Positions 9,335-18,003 of a DNA stretch of 64,000 bases are shown here, piece after piece (the first letter of the stretch is position 1; the number at the start of each line of letters is the position of its first letter). The DNA is taken from positions 128,001 to 192,000 of IMG/VR virus record IMGVR_UViG_3300046522_000316; one strand, given 5' to 3'. A program made the translations under genes and the position numbers. A model generated the notes under the pieces. The model did no database searches. It was not told the origin of the DNA and saw only the letters and a program-made list of their open reading frames with translations. The DNA is from a virus. Taxonomy: Duplodnaviria; Caudoviricetes.

Positions 9335-9446
9335 CAAGGAGTTGAGAAACGTTCGACACTAGCCAGACCAAAGGGTTGGGGATCGGGTAACGACGCTACG
9401 GGCTTAGCTGGCCATTACATGATAGTCGTTGCCCACTTGACCGATA

Positions 9447-9860
9447 ATGATATGTGGAACGTTCTCTCAATTTCTCCTTTGTTCAGGCAAAGGTGGTACA
9501 ACCCAACCGCGCCCTGTGAGCAATTGCACGGCGCGGTTTTTTCGTTTCTGGAGCCGAAATATGTGGGACGAATTAACACACGAAGAACAACTGAATTTTC
9601 TGATTGAATTGTGCGGAACATCTAGCGGATATCCGACGATTGATCACGAACTGGTTTTCCTGTGCGAAGCGGTATTGAATACCAAACAGCGCCGGGAATA
9701 CGTGGATCACATGAGCGGCACAATTGCCGATCACACCTATCGCCGGATTGATCCTGAACACCCGGACGCCGCGACTCAGTATTACTTCAACATGATGCAC
9801 GCTGCTGTTGAATTGCGTGCGAAAATGATTTGGTGTGCTGCAACAGGGAACGAACCGTAA
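9447..9860 (+). CDS. hypothetical protein
   Basis: 137-aa ORF; its stop overlaps the spike ATG. Confidence 0.7.
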   Translation: MICGTFSQFLLCSGKGGTTQPRPVSNCTARFFRFWSRNMWDELTHEEQLNFLIELCGTSSGYPTIDHELVFLCEAVLNTKQRREYVDHMSGTIADHTYRRIDPEHPDAATQYYFNMMHAAVELRAKMIWCAATGNEP

Positions 9861-10636
9861 TGGCTGGTTCACCGATTAACTCGACAAAGCATTTGCAACG
9901 TCAGGGCCTCGATTCGAAAATCATTCACGCGGGCGTTGTGGTGGATAACCTCGACCCGCGAAAGAATTGCCGTGTGCGTGTGCGTATTCCCGGTATTTTC
10001 CCTGACACAATCCCCGACAATCATTTGCCGTGGGCATTGCCAATGAATCAGGACTACACGACCGACGACGATAAGCCGACGCGTTCCGGATTCCAGAACG
10101 TTCCTCCAGTCGGTGCAAAGGTTGGTGTGCGCTTCCCTAAAGGCGATCCACACAAGCCGGAATTAGCGCCGTATCCCGGTGATAAAAAGACGATTTCTTC
10201 GATTGCAAATACCAACTATCCGTTCCGCATGGTTATGGAATTGGAGAACGGTTGCGCAATCGTGGCCGACAAGAAAACGAACGAAGTATTCGTCACCAAT
10301 CCGGGCGATGCGCACTTTGTTTTCCTCGGTGATTACAGCAAAACAATCGTTGGTTCCTGCACCGAAATCATCACTGGATCGAAAGGCGATGTGCCCGGTT
10401 ATTTGACCAATGCCAGCAATACCAAAATCAGCGAGATTCAAGAAAAGTCGGCTGGTGGTGTGAGCAAAGGCAAAGGCAATAAATTCGAAAAGATCACCGG
10501 CAATTACACGCTGGAAATCGGTGGCAATCGCACGGTGAAAGTGAACGGCAATGACCAATTAACTGTTGGCCGTAACCGTGATGAAAAAGTCGGCGGCAAC
10601 CACAAAATTCAATCCTCCCGTTCTGATACGAACTGA
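9860..10636 (+). CDS. baseplate central spike, gp5/VgrG-like (OB-fold plus beta-helix, no lysozyme)
   Basis: HAGVVVDNLDPRKNCRVRVRIPG...LPWALP is a gp5 OB-fold N-terminus. The C-terminus has 8-residue beta-helix repeats (GNYTLEIG GNRTVKVN GNDQLTVG RNRDEKVG GNHKIQS). Start ATG 9860. Confidence 0.85.
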   Translation: MAGSPINSTKHLQRQGLDSKIIHAGVVVDNLDPRKNCRVRVRIPGIFPDTIPDNHLPWALPMNQDYTTDDDKPTRSGFQNVPPVGAKVGVRFPKGDPHKPELAPYPGDKKTISSIANTNYPFRMVMELENGCAIVADKKTNEVFVTNPGDAHFVFLGDYSKTIVGSCTEIITGSKGDVPGYLTNASNTKISEIQEKSAGGVSKGKGNKFEKITGNYTLEIGGNRTVKVNGNDQLTVGRNRDEKVGGNHKIQSSRSDTN

Positions 10637-10644
10637 GGCCCACT

Positions 10645-11265
10645 ATGCCAACTCCAATTGCTTCGCGATTCACGCGCACAGGCGATACCTATCTGCTGGA
10701 AGATACCGATCTGGCCGGTGGTTATCGCAGCGTTTCAACAATTGCAGCACGCGACAATATTCCGCTTAGCGCCCGGCGTATCGGTATGGCCGTTTATTGC
10801 ATTGCGGATAAAACCGAATATTTGCTGCTGAATGCGTTGACCAATGCAAGCTGGTCACAACGCCCGTTGTTCAGCGGCAAGGCCCATGCTGTGGCACAGG
10901 TTGTGGCGGTCAATCCATTGCAGCAATACACGCCGCTGACGTTTGAACAATACGCAATGGCAAAGGTGCGCGAATGGTTTAACGGCCTACCGGCTGCAAA
11001 TCGCGTACTGAATAAACCGATCTATTATTTCAAGATCGTTTGTGGAACAGGCACTGCTTCGCTGGCAGCTGGAACCATTCTCCCGCCGCCTGCTGAATAC
11101 ATCGGTGACGCGACTTTCATTTACGACAATGCGGCCAATACGCTTCCGGTAATTCTGGATAATGCGGCATTGGTTTGTATTTCGAAAACGTTGGTGCCAC
11201 TCGGTGACGCAGTAATTCGGGCGATGGACGAATACGCCGACCGTAAAGCAGCGGAGAACCCTTAA
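10645..11265 (+). CDS. structural/fibre-associated protein, N-terminus paralogous to 11803-12630
   Basis: RFTRTGDTYLLEDTDLAGGYRSV...RDNIP...RRIGM aligns with RFVKTGDFFLLVDTDLRGGFRIV...RDAIP...RKQGM. Confidence 0.7.
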   Translation: MPTPIASRFTRTGDTYLLEDTDLAGGYRSVSTIAARDNIPLSARRIGMAVYCIADKTEYLLLNALTNASWSQRPLFSGKAHAVAQVVAVNPLQQYTPLTFEQYAMAKVREWFNGLPAANRVLNKPIYYFKIVCGTGTASLAAGTILPPPAEYIGDATFIYDNAANTLPVILDNAALVCISKTLVPLGDAVIRAMDEYADRKAAENP

Positions 11266-11444
11266 TGGCAAACGTTGAATACACGCGCACGTTTCTTTCT
11301 GGTGAATTGCTGGCAGGTAATCGCCGTTCCGATCCCCACGGCGTGCGTTGGATTAAAGAACCAATTCCTACACAACAAAAACACAAGATGACTCGACAGG
11401 TTGGGCGTTACCTTTCTGATGACCCATCAACCTATTTGAAATAA
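11265..11444 (+). CDS. small hypothetical protein (59 aa), absent from the ORF track
   Basis: ATG overlaps the upstream TAA (TAATG). Reads MANVEYTRTFLSGELLAGNRR...STYLK; the stop runs into a terminator. Confidence 0.65.
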   Translation: MANVEYTRTFLSGELLAGNRRSDPHGVRWIKEPIPTQQKHKMTRQVGRYLSDDPSTYLK

Positions 11445-11465
11445 CCCACTTAATCGTGGGTTTTT
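11443..11465 (+). terminator. intrinsic terminator
   Basis: AACCCAC-ttaatc-GTGGGTT followed by a T-run. Confidence 0.7.
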
Positions 11466-11477
11466 GTGTTTTCCCGC

Positions 11478-11486
11478 TAATTTAAT
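11478..11486 (+). promoter_or_regulatory. candidate late-promoter motif TAATTTAA
   Basis: Lies just after a terminator and just before ATG 11496. Recurs at 43822, 51789 and 61647. Confidence 0.45.
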
Positions 11487-11495
11487 GGTAAGTTT

Positions 11496-11813
11496 ATGAC
11501 TAAACTATTCGAACCACGTGTGCTTGGTGCAGGCATTACAATTGAGGAAAAGCCAACGCAGCCAAACCATGGCGCTCGGCTGGTGGACGTTCAGAGCTAT
11601 GCCACGATTACGAAGGCGACACTGACCAACGTATTAGAGGTGTTGATTCCTGTTCGTTCTCCGGATTATATCGTTCAGTGTTTTGATCAAACGAAACATA
11701 TCTTTTATCCGGATAGTGTCCAAGAAGTCGGAGAGAATATCGAGATTAAATTCCTCGAACCTCAATCCGGCGAAGTAAGGGTGCTGTTCGTCGGAGGCGA
11801 CAGTGGCGACTAA
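11496..11813 (+). CDS. hypothetical protein (fibre module)
   Basis: 105-aa ORF in the structural cluster, overlapping the next gene. Confidence 0.7.
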   Translation: MTKLFEPRVLGAGITIEEKPTQPNHGARLVDVQSYATITKATLTNVLEVLIPVRSPDYIVQCFDQTKHIFYPDSVQEVGENIEIKFLEPQSGEVRVLFVGGDSGD

Positions 11814-12630
11814 TATTTCGCAACGGTTTGTAAAAACCGGTGACTTTTTTCTGTTGGTGGATACTGACCTTCGCGGTGGTTTCCGGATTGTAAGCAGCTT
11901 GACCGAACGGGACGCAATTCCGATTCAAGCGCGTAAACAAGGCATGATGGTTCGCGTAATTGAGGCGACCGGAATCACTAACTGGGAACTGGGTTTCGGG
12001 AAACCGATTACCAACGCCGGTTGGGTTGAAGCGAGTCTCGGCGGCAAAGGGGATTATATTCCAATTGCTGGCGGTGCCCTCGAAGGCGAAATCAAAGCGA
12101 ACGAATTCGGTTCGGTAAATTTCAATGACACGTTGAAAATGGAATCGCTCGACGGGAATTTGCAGATGACGCGAATGACCCCGCAGGCACAGGATGATCC
12201 CGAACCGCGTGGCATGCTGACCTTCAACAACGGTCGTGAAAACACCGTCGAAATCAATACCGAAATCGGGCAAATGGTTTGCAAAACCGAAGTGGCGCTG
12301 TCGTCTGATCGCACACTGAAAACCGAAATCACGCGTATTGAAGGCGCGGTGAAAAAGATCCGCCGTTTGTACGGCTACACGTTCAAGAAAGTCGGCGCAG
12401 GTAATCGCCTGTTCATGGGCCTGATTGCGCAGGAAGTAAAACAGATTATGCCGGAAGCCGTGACCAACACCACGGACGGCAAACTGGCTGTGTTCTACGG
12501 ATCGCTGGCCGGTGTATTTGTCGAAGCTTTCCACGAAATCGACGACCGCCTGAAAGCAATCGAAAAATCGGTTGAAGAAATTCGTTTGCATCTTGACCTC
12601 GATAAGAGCGACGAAAGCGATGGGGTGTGA
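11803..12630 (+). CDS. short tail-fibre protein with C-terminal intramolecular chaperone (peptidase S74) domain
   Basis: SSDRTLKTEI...IRRLYGYTF...GLIAQEVKQIMPEAV...YGSLAGVFVEAFHEI plus a terminal coiled coil is the S74 autocleaving chaperone pattern. Confidence 0.85.
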   Translation: MATNISQRFVKTGDFFLLVDTDLRGGFRIVSSLTERDAIPIQARKQGMMVRVIEATGITNWELGFGKPITNAGWVEASLGGKGDYIPIAGGALEGEIKANEFGSVNFNDTLKMESLDGNLQMTRMTPQAQDDPEPRGMLTFNNGRENTVEINTEIGQMVCKTEVALSSDRTLKTEITRIEGAVKKIRRLYGYTFKKVGAGNRLFMGLIAQEVKQIMPEAVTNTTDGKLAVFYGSLAGVFVEAFHEIDDRLKAIEKSVEEIRLHLDLDKSDESDGV

Positions 12631-13078
12631 ATACGGCCCCAGCCCAATTTTTACGGTCGTTGCTTCGGAGATTCCTAACTCGGGCAAACGACCAGACACA
12701 CCGAAACCAGAAATAAACGAAGTGGGCGAATCGGCATGCGTTACCGGGCTTTCCAGTCTGGCACAGCGCCTGACGCAGGATATTCTTGTGGCCCATGAGC
12801 GCGTGCATTACGGATTTCCAATGCCGCAATTTCTTTTGCTCGCCCATGAATCGGAATTCGATCATCCAGACTTGGCGATTGCACAGCAGCTGCACCAATA
12901 TGTGGAATTTCGGGATATCACAATCGGTTATCCGCTGTCGATCAATGCGTATTTGTATATCACTGATCCAGCGGCTTACGGATTGCCACGCGGCTTAACT
13001 GAGGAAGAGGTTCTGAATAGTTTTCTTCGGAATTCTGTGCGGATTACCTACATCGTCAAGAATACGGATTTAAAATAA
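12620..13078 (+). CDS. hypothetical protein
   Basis: ATG 12620 chosen within the 12572-13078 ORF; its stop overlaps the next ATG. Confidence 0.65.
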   Translation: MGCEYGPSPIFTVVASEIPNSGKRPDTPKPEINEVGESACVTGLSSLAQRLTQDILVAHERVHYGFPMPQFLLLAHESEFDHPDLAIAQQLHQYVEFRDITIGYPLSINAYLYITDPAAYGLPRGLTEEEVLNSFLRNSVRITYIVKNTDLK

Positions 13079-14403
13079 TGGCAAACTATCGCTACATGGG
13101 TGAGCGTGACCTCGAATACACGGACGCCAGCGACGAATATGATCTGCATTTTGTGCAAGGTGATTTGTTCACCATGTACCGCCACGGGCAGGTCTACATC
13201 GTTCAGCATTCCGACGCACCTGAAGTTATTTTCAAACTGAAACTGAAGCAGGGCAATGACCTGCACAACATGAGCGAAGAGCTTTTGTCGGTCGAAACCG
13301 ATCCGGACAATCCGCCGTACATGTTGTTCAAACCGTCGTTCGAAATGATGCCGTTGCTTTACGATTATTTCAACCGCACTTATTTCAACAACGAATGCCC
13401 GGTTGTGAAATTCCGCAAGACTACGAAAAGCACTGTGTGGGGAATGGCGCAGCTGGAATGGCTCGGTAAAAAACCGGTTTACACGTTCTTCGTGAATGAA
13501 AGCGCAATGATCGACCGCGTGCTGTTCTCGAATACCGTTCTGCACGAACAGATTCACCTTCGTAACTTCGCGAAGGGTTACAAGTTGATGGACATTGATC
13601 CAAGTTCGTCGAAGGATTATTTGCACGATGACCACGGCCCCCATTTCCAAGACGAAATGCGCCGCCTGAATGCGAAAGGCTTCCACATTCTGCTGGCCGC
13701 AACACACGAAGAATTCAAACGTGATGCAACGGAAGAATTCTACGCAATTGTTGCGCAGGAAACAGCGGGCGCTCGCGTCATGTCATGGAACGCGTGGTAC
13801 ACGGCGAAAGAACTTACCGCCGATGACGCCGAACGTCTGGCCGGGCAGCTGAAGGAAATCAACCCGCATGCGGAATACACGATTAAACTGATCAAGACAA
13901 AAGATCGGAACGTGACGCACGCGACCCACATCAAAGGAACGAAAACGTTTACCGATTCGACTTTGAAAAAGAAAATCCAAGGCGATATCGACCTGCGCAT
14001 GGCCGAGGTTTTGTACACGACCTATTTGCGTCCGTCGATTGCTGTGGAATTGCCTGATTACAAAGACGTGCCGGATCTGTACGCGTTGCCGCTGGATAAC
14101 TTCTACAAATCCATGCGTAGCTACACCGATGACCGAATGGTGTTGCGCGCAAAATGGATGAAGTTTCCGGGCAAGCTTTTGAGTTCCCAAATCGACAAGA
14201 AGTTCAGCACCTTGATTGGTCGCATGGGCCGGGACTCAATCCACGATGACGACGTGGTGAACATCCTGAACGATATCCGCGCAGCGTATGCGGATCGTTT
14301 TTCGTACCAACAATATGTGGACGCCATGCATGCGTTCATCAAGAAATATGATCGCAAAGGCCTGCTTGCAGAGTACGCCAAAATTATGCGACTGATTGCG
14401 TGA
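13078..14403 (+). CDS. SprT-like zinc metalloprotease
   Basis: LYDYFNRTYF...WGMA...TVLHEQIHL (HExxH)...DHGPHFQDEMRRLN is the SprT/Wss1-type signature. Confidence 0.85.
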   Translation: MANYRYMGERDLEYTDASDEYDLHFVQGDLFTMYRHGQVYIVQHSDAPEVIFKLKLKQGNDLHNMSEELLSVETDPDNPPYMLFKPSFEMMPLLYDYFNRTYFNNECPVVKFRKTTKSTVWGMAQLEWLGKKPVYTFFVNESAMIDRVLFSNTVLHEQIHLRNFAKGYKLMDIDPSSSKDYLHDDHGPHFQDEMRRLNAKGFHILLAATHEEFKRDATEEFYAIVAQETAGARVMSWNAWYTAKELTADDAERLAGQLKEINPHAEYTIKLIKTKDRNVTHATHIKGTKTFTDSTLKKKIQGDIDLRMAEVLYTTYLRPSIAVELPDYKDVPDLYALPLDNFYKSMRSYTDDRMVLRAKWMKFPGKLLSSQIDKKFSTLIGRMGRDSIHDDDVVNILNDIRAAYADRFSYQQYVDAMHAFIKKYDRKGLLAEYAKIMRLIA

Positions 14404-14419
14404 CAAAAGGGGATTGACG

Positions 14420-14995
14420 GTGGCTTACACAAAGCGACGTAGAAGCAGCACGAAACAATCGCGTGCCAAAAAGGCATACGAAAAGAAAACAGCCCTTCCG
14501 GAAACAACAGTGAAAATGTCCCGCAGTGATATCACCAGCGCGCTTATGCAGGCGCTGACTTATTACTACGTGAAGAAAACCTGTTCGGTTCACAAAGAAG
14601 TGGGCGTGGTGCCATGGGGCCGGTCGCGACTTGATGCATTGGTTATCGACTATCCCGGCAATTTCCACGGGGTTGAAATCAAAAGCTGCTTGGCAGATTT
14701 CCGCGCTGATAAAAAATGGCGTGATTATTTGCCACACGTGAACAAGATGTATTTCTTGTTTGCACCGTCAATCACTCAATCGCGGTGCTATCCGGAAATT
14801 CGCGCAGAACTGAAAGCAGAGGGTGTGGGCATTCTGGTTCTGAGCGAAACCACCGGGCGTATTTCGTGCAGTCAGAAAGCGAAGCATCGGCCTGTCGCAA
14901 TCACTGCAAAATTTCGCATGTATCGCAAACTGGCTTGGCTCGCGGGTGACGCTAAGCACACCATTACCAGAACGCAGCGGGTGTTTTTGAAATGA
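14420..14995 (+). CDS. mmcB: MmcB-family PD-(D/E)xK nuclease
   Basis: RLDALVI...GVEIKSCLADFRADKKWRDYLPHVNKMYF matches the MmcB pattern EIKSS.ADF..D.KW..Y. GTG start at 14420 follows AAGGGGA; ATG 14396 is the alternative. Confidence 0.8.
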   Translation: MAYTKRRRSSTKQSRAKKAYEKKTALPETTVKMSRSDITSALMQALTYYYVKKTCSVHKEVGVVPWGRSRLDALVIDYPGNFHGVEIKSCLADFRADKKWRDYLPHVNKMYFLFAPSITQSRCYPEIRAELKAEGVGILVLSETTGRISCSQKAKHRPVAITAKFRMYRKLAWLAGDAKHTITRTQRVFLK

Positions 14996-15603
14996 TCGGG
15001 AAATTTATTGCACTGGAATCCATCGAAGCAGCCGGTAAAGGAACTGCCTCGATTTACGTTGGTGATCATGCAAAGAAACGCGGGTTGGAAATGATCTTTA
15101 CCCGTGAGCCGGGCGGCACTCCATTTGCTGAAGCGATCCGCACGCTAATGCTTGATAACGAAGGGAAAATTCCCGCGTTGTGTCAACCTTTCCTGTCGTA
15201 TGCTTCCCGCATTCAACATACCGAACATTTGATTCGTCCGGCGCTGGAACGTGGCGCGCACGTTTTCAGTGAACGTTATTACTGGTCAGCACTCGCTTAC
15301 CAAACGCGCACCTGTGATCAGACGTGGGCCATTCACGAAATGTGTTCGGAACATTTGATCAAACCTGATCTGACAATTCTGTTGGATCTGCCGCCAGAAG
15401 TCAGCTTCCAGCGTATGCACGAATCCCGCGTTGCAAAGGGAATCGCTCTCGATGAATTCGAGAAAAAACCTTTGTCTTATTTCGCTGAAGTGCGTGAGGC
15501 CTACCACAATCTGATTGATGATTCGTGGGTTGTGATCGACGCACAGCAACCCCTTGAAGAGGTGCAGCGCCAAGTATTGGCACTGATCGACCGAACGGTG
15601 TAA
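14992..15603 (+). CDS. tmk: thymidylate (dTMP) kinase
   Basis: FIALESIEAAGKGT P-loop, TREPGGTPFAEAIR, SERYYWSALAYQ, PDLTILLDLPPEV and IDAQQPLEEV. Confidence 0.92.
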   Translation: MIGKFIALESIEAAGKGTASIYVGDHAKKRGLEMIFTREPGGTPFAEAIRTLMLDNEGKIPALCQPFLSYASRIQHTEHLIRPALERGAHVFSERYYWSALAYQTRTCDQTWAIHEMCSEHLIKPDLTILLDLPPEVSFQRMHESRVAKGIALDEFEKKPLSYFAEVREAYHNLIDDSWVVIDAQQPLEEVQRQVLALIDRTV

Positions 15604-15605
15604 AA

Positions 15606-16031
15606 ATGAAAATGATGCTCGCATTAGCGGCCAGTGGTAAAAAGTATTTGTCGGGCGGGCTGATGATTCGGTTGGCCCGGAACTACCCGGATATTCGCGA
15701 CCTCGGTAATCGCCTGCTGCGTCTGCCCATTATCCCGCGTGGGAATTTCGTTCCCAAATTGCCTAAAGGTGATGACCACCTGATCAAGTTTGCAGAACAG
15801 AATAAGTTCTCGCTTTATTACGGTTATCGCGTGTACAAAAACGCAGAAGGCAAAGACCAAATGGAATCTTTGCTGATGTGCGTGGACGACAAGGGCCGCG
15901 TAGTTGAAACCGAAGAAAGCCGGTTGGATAACACGTCGAGTTATGTAGGAATGCGTATCCCGACTGACGATATCAAAAGCCGTCGCTACGCCAACAAATT
16001 CAACCGGATGGATTACCTAAAGGCCCAATGA
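15606..16031 (+). CDS. hypothetical protein with N-terminal tag (MKMMLALAAS)
   Basis: First member of the tagged gene run. Confidence 0.8.
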   Translation: MKMMLALAASGKKYLSGGLMIRLARNYPDIRDLGNRLLRLPIIPRGNFVPKLPKGDDHLIKFAEQNKFSLYYGYRVYKNAEGKDQMESLLMCVDDKGRVVETEESRLDNTSSYVGMRIPTDDIKSRRYANKFNRMDYLKAQ

Positions 16032-17713
16032 TGGAAATGACAATTGCAGCCTCAGTATCGCCGCCCGGTGCAGCGGATGCGTTCATTAAACTTTTGATCG
16101 CGATTTACAAGGCGCCCGAATTCGACTACGGTACGAATTTTCAAACGAAATTGAAGAAGTGGAACGAACAAGCGCAGCCGTTCCTTGAGCAGTACGCGAT
16201 CAAGCGCACCTTTGCCAAAACTTTGTCGATGTTGGTCAATGGCGAAGACGTATCGAACGAGAAATATTCGATCATCGTGAAGGGCTGTTTCGACTCCCTG
16301 AAAAAGAAAAAGAAATCGTTCGATAAAGACAAAGGTTTGTCCAAGCTGCAATTGAGTTTCCTGAATGACGTGCGTCTGGCCTACAACGGATCGTCGGGTG
16401 CGGGTAATCGCATCATGCAGAACGTTGGCTATTTCAAAGATTCGCATATCAGCAAAATGTTTTTGCACGAAGGCGAACACGTTGACACTTCGGTGCAGCA
16501 ATCGCTTTATGATCGCCTCGAAGAACACGTGAAAACTCACGGCAAAGTGAAGGGCCACGTGATGCCGAATACCACGCTTGAGAAATGGCGTGATAAGGCG
16601 AAAGAAGTGGGCGGCAACCTGACGGAACACCAAGACTATTTGGACATGCGCCGCCAGCGTAAAGCCATCGCAGATAAAGCGATTGCGAATATAGTTCGGG
16701 CATCCGGTGAACACATTGTGGACGTGGACGTAATCCGCGAACAAATGAACGGCGTGCAGCACGATATTCCTGATTGGTTCGTCGGCAAGATCGACGACAA
16801 AGGGAATTACTTCACCACTGACGGTTTGCAACTGCTGAATAAACCGATTGGTGAAGGTTCGATGAACCCGAATTACAAAGCGGGATCGACCGTTTACTAC
16901 TGCCAGTACAAAGCACCATTTGCTGCAAATCTTTCGAACGTCTACACGATTGCAGCCCGTACCGAAGGCCGCGTGCAGTCTTTTAACGTCGTGCAAAACA
17001 TGCTGCCCGATGTGACGAAGTATGTGAAAAAATGGTTGCCTGATTTGGCTAAGGGGCCGGGATCGTTGCGTGGTGTTGCTGCTGCCGTTTGTGAGACGAT
17101 TTACCAGACAAGTGCGCGCATCGGTTCGACCCGTGGCAACACAGCCGGGGAAACGACCTACGGCATTTCTACGCTGCTGCGCAAACACATTCTGTTCAAT
17201 GATCAACGTGCGATTTTCAAGTACATCGGCAAGAAAGGCGGTGCGCAGAAACACGTGATCAAATTCGAAGATCAGCGGACGCAAATGCTGCATGCTGCAC
17301 TTGACGAATTCCTGTACGAGAAAAAGCCAGCGGAATATGTTTTCACTTTCCGTGGCAAACCTCTATCGAACAGCCAAGTGAACGGCTACCTGCGTGACCT
17401 CGGATTTCCTGAAGGTTTCAGCATTCACAAATTCCGTAAGCTGCGCGGTACAGCGATGGCGAAATTGCTGATGGACAAATGCCCGTTTGGTGCCCGCGCC
17501 CGCGATGCTGACGTAAACAAATGGATCGAAACGCAGTGTTTGAAAATCGGTAAGGAACTCGGTCATTTGGCCGGGGAGAAAGTGACGGCCACCACGGCAA
17601 TCGCGAACTATATCGACCCTTCGGTATTCCTGCCGGTCTACGAAAAAACGAACACGCGTCCAAACTCCAAAATCCAAAAAGCGATTGACCTCGCTACGAA
17701 GAGTGCAGAATAA
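16028..17713 (+). CDS. DNA topoisomerase IB with N-terminal tag and long N-terminal extension
   Basis: Catalytic pentad in order: R (SARIG), K (YIGKKG), R (HKFRK), H (LGH), Y (ANYIDP). TYGISTLLRKHI matches poxviral/bacterial Topo IB. Confidence 0.9.
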   Translation: MMEMTIAASVSPPGAADAFIKLLIAIYKAPEFDYGTNFQTKLKKWNEQAQPFLEQYAIKRTFAKTLSMLVNGEDVSNEKYSIIVKGCFDSLKKKKKSFDKDKGLSKLQLSFLNDVRLAYNGSSGAGNRIMQNVGYFKDSHISKMFLHEGEHVDTSVQQSLYDRLEEHVKTHGKVKGHVMPNTTLEKWRDKAKEVGGNLTEHQDYLDMRRQRKAIADKAIANIVRASGEHIVDVDVIREQMNGVQHDIPDWFVGKIDDKGNYFTTDGLQLLNKPIGEGSMNPNYKAGSTVYYCQYKAPFAANLSNVYTIAARTEGRVQSFNVVQNMLPDVTKYVKKWLPDLAKGPGSLRGVAAAVCETIYQTSARIGSTRGNTAGETTYGISTLLRKHILFNDQRAIFKYIGKKGGAQKHVIKFEDQRTQMLHAALDEFLYEKKPAEYVFTFRGKPLSNSQVNGYLRDLGFPEGFSIHKFRKLRGTAMAKLLMDKCPFGARARDADVNKWIETQCLKIGKELGHLAGEKVTATTAIANYIDPSVFLPVYEKTNTRPNSKIQKAIDLATKSAE

Positions 17714-17715
17714 AT

Positions 17716-18000
17716 ATGGAAATGATGCTGGCAGTTGCCAACGAAAATCGCAACCCTGTTTCGGTAGACAAATTGCCGAAAGGTTCCAAGGTCACTCATT
17801 TTGTGCTGTATCACGAAGGCACTTTTAACATCTTGGGGCGTGGTCGTGCCGCTACCGCCAAACAGGCGACAAAACAAATGGATCGCCTTATGTCGCTGGG
17901 GATGAAAGCGGATCTTGCGCTTTACGCAGAAGACGGCGACCGCACGGTTTTGCTGCGCGAAACGTATATCCTGAAACGTACCGGCCCTGAGAAGGTTTAA
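17716..18000 (+). CDS. hypothetical tagged protein (MEMMLAVAN)
   Basis: 94-aa ORF carrying the tag. Confidence 0.8.
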   Translation: MEMMLAVANENRNPVSVDKLPKGSKVTHFVLYHEGTFNILGRGRAATAKQATKQMDRLMSLGMKADLALYAEDGDRTVLLRETYILKRTGPEKV

Positions 18001-18003
18001 CAA

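Noticed and set aside
9345-9420. tRNA-like gene suggested by GTTCGA at ~9351
   Set aside because: No acceptor, D or anticodon stems can be built around it. It is kept only as a generic structured-RNA candidate.
15606-16031. Papain/transglutaminase-like protease suggested by YGY...VVET...YVG pattern
   Set aside because: The expected catalytic Cys and His are not at the corresponding positions. The resemblance is too weak to call without a profile search.
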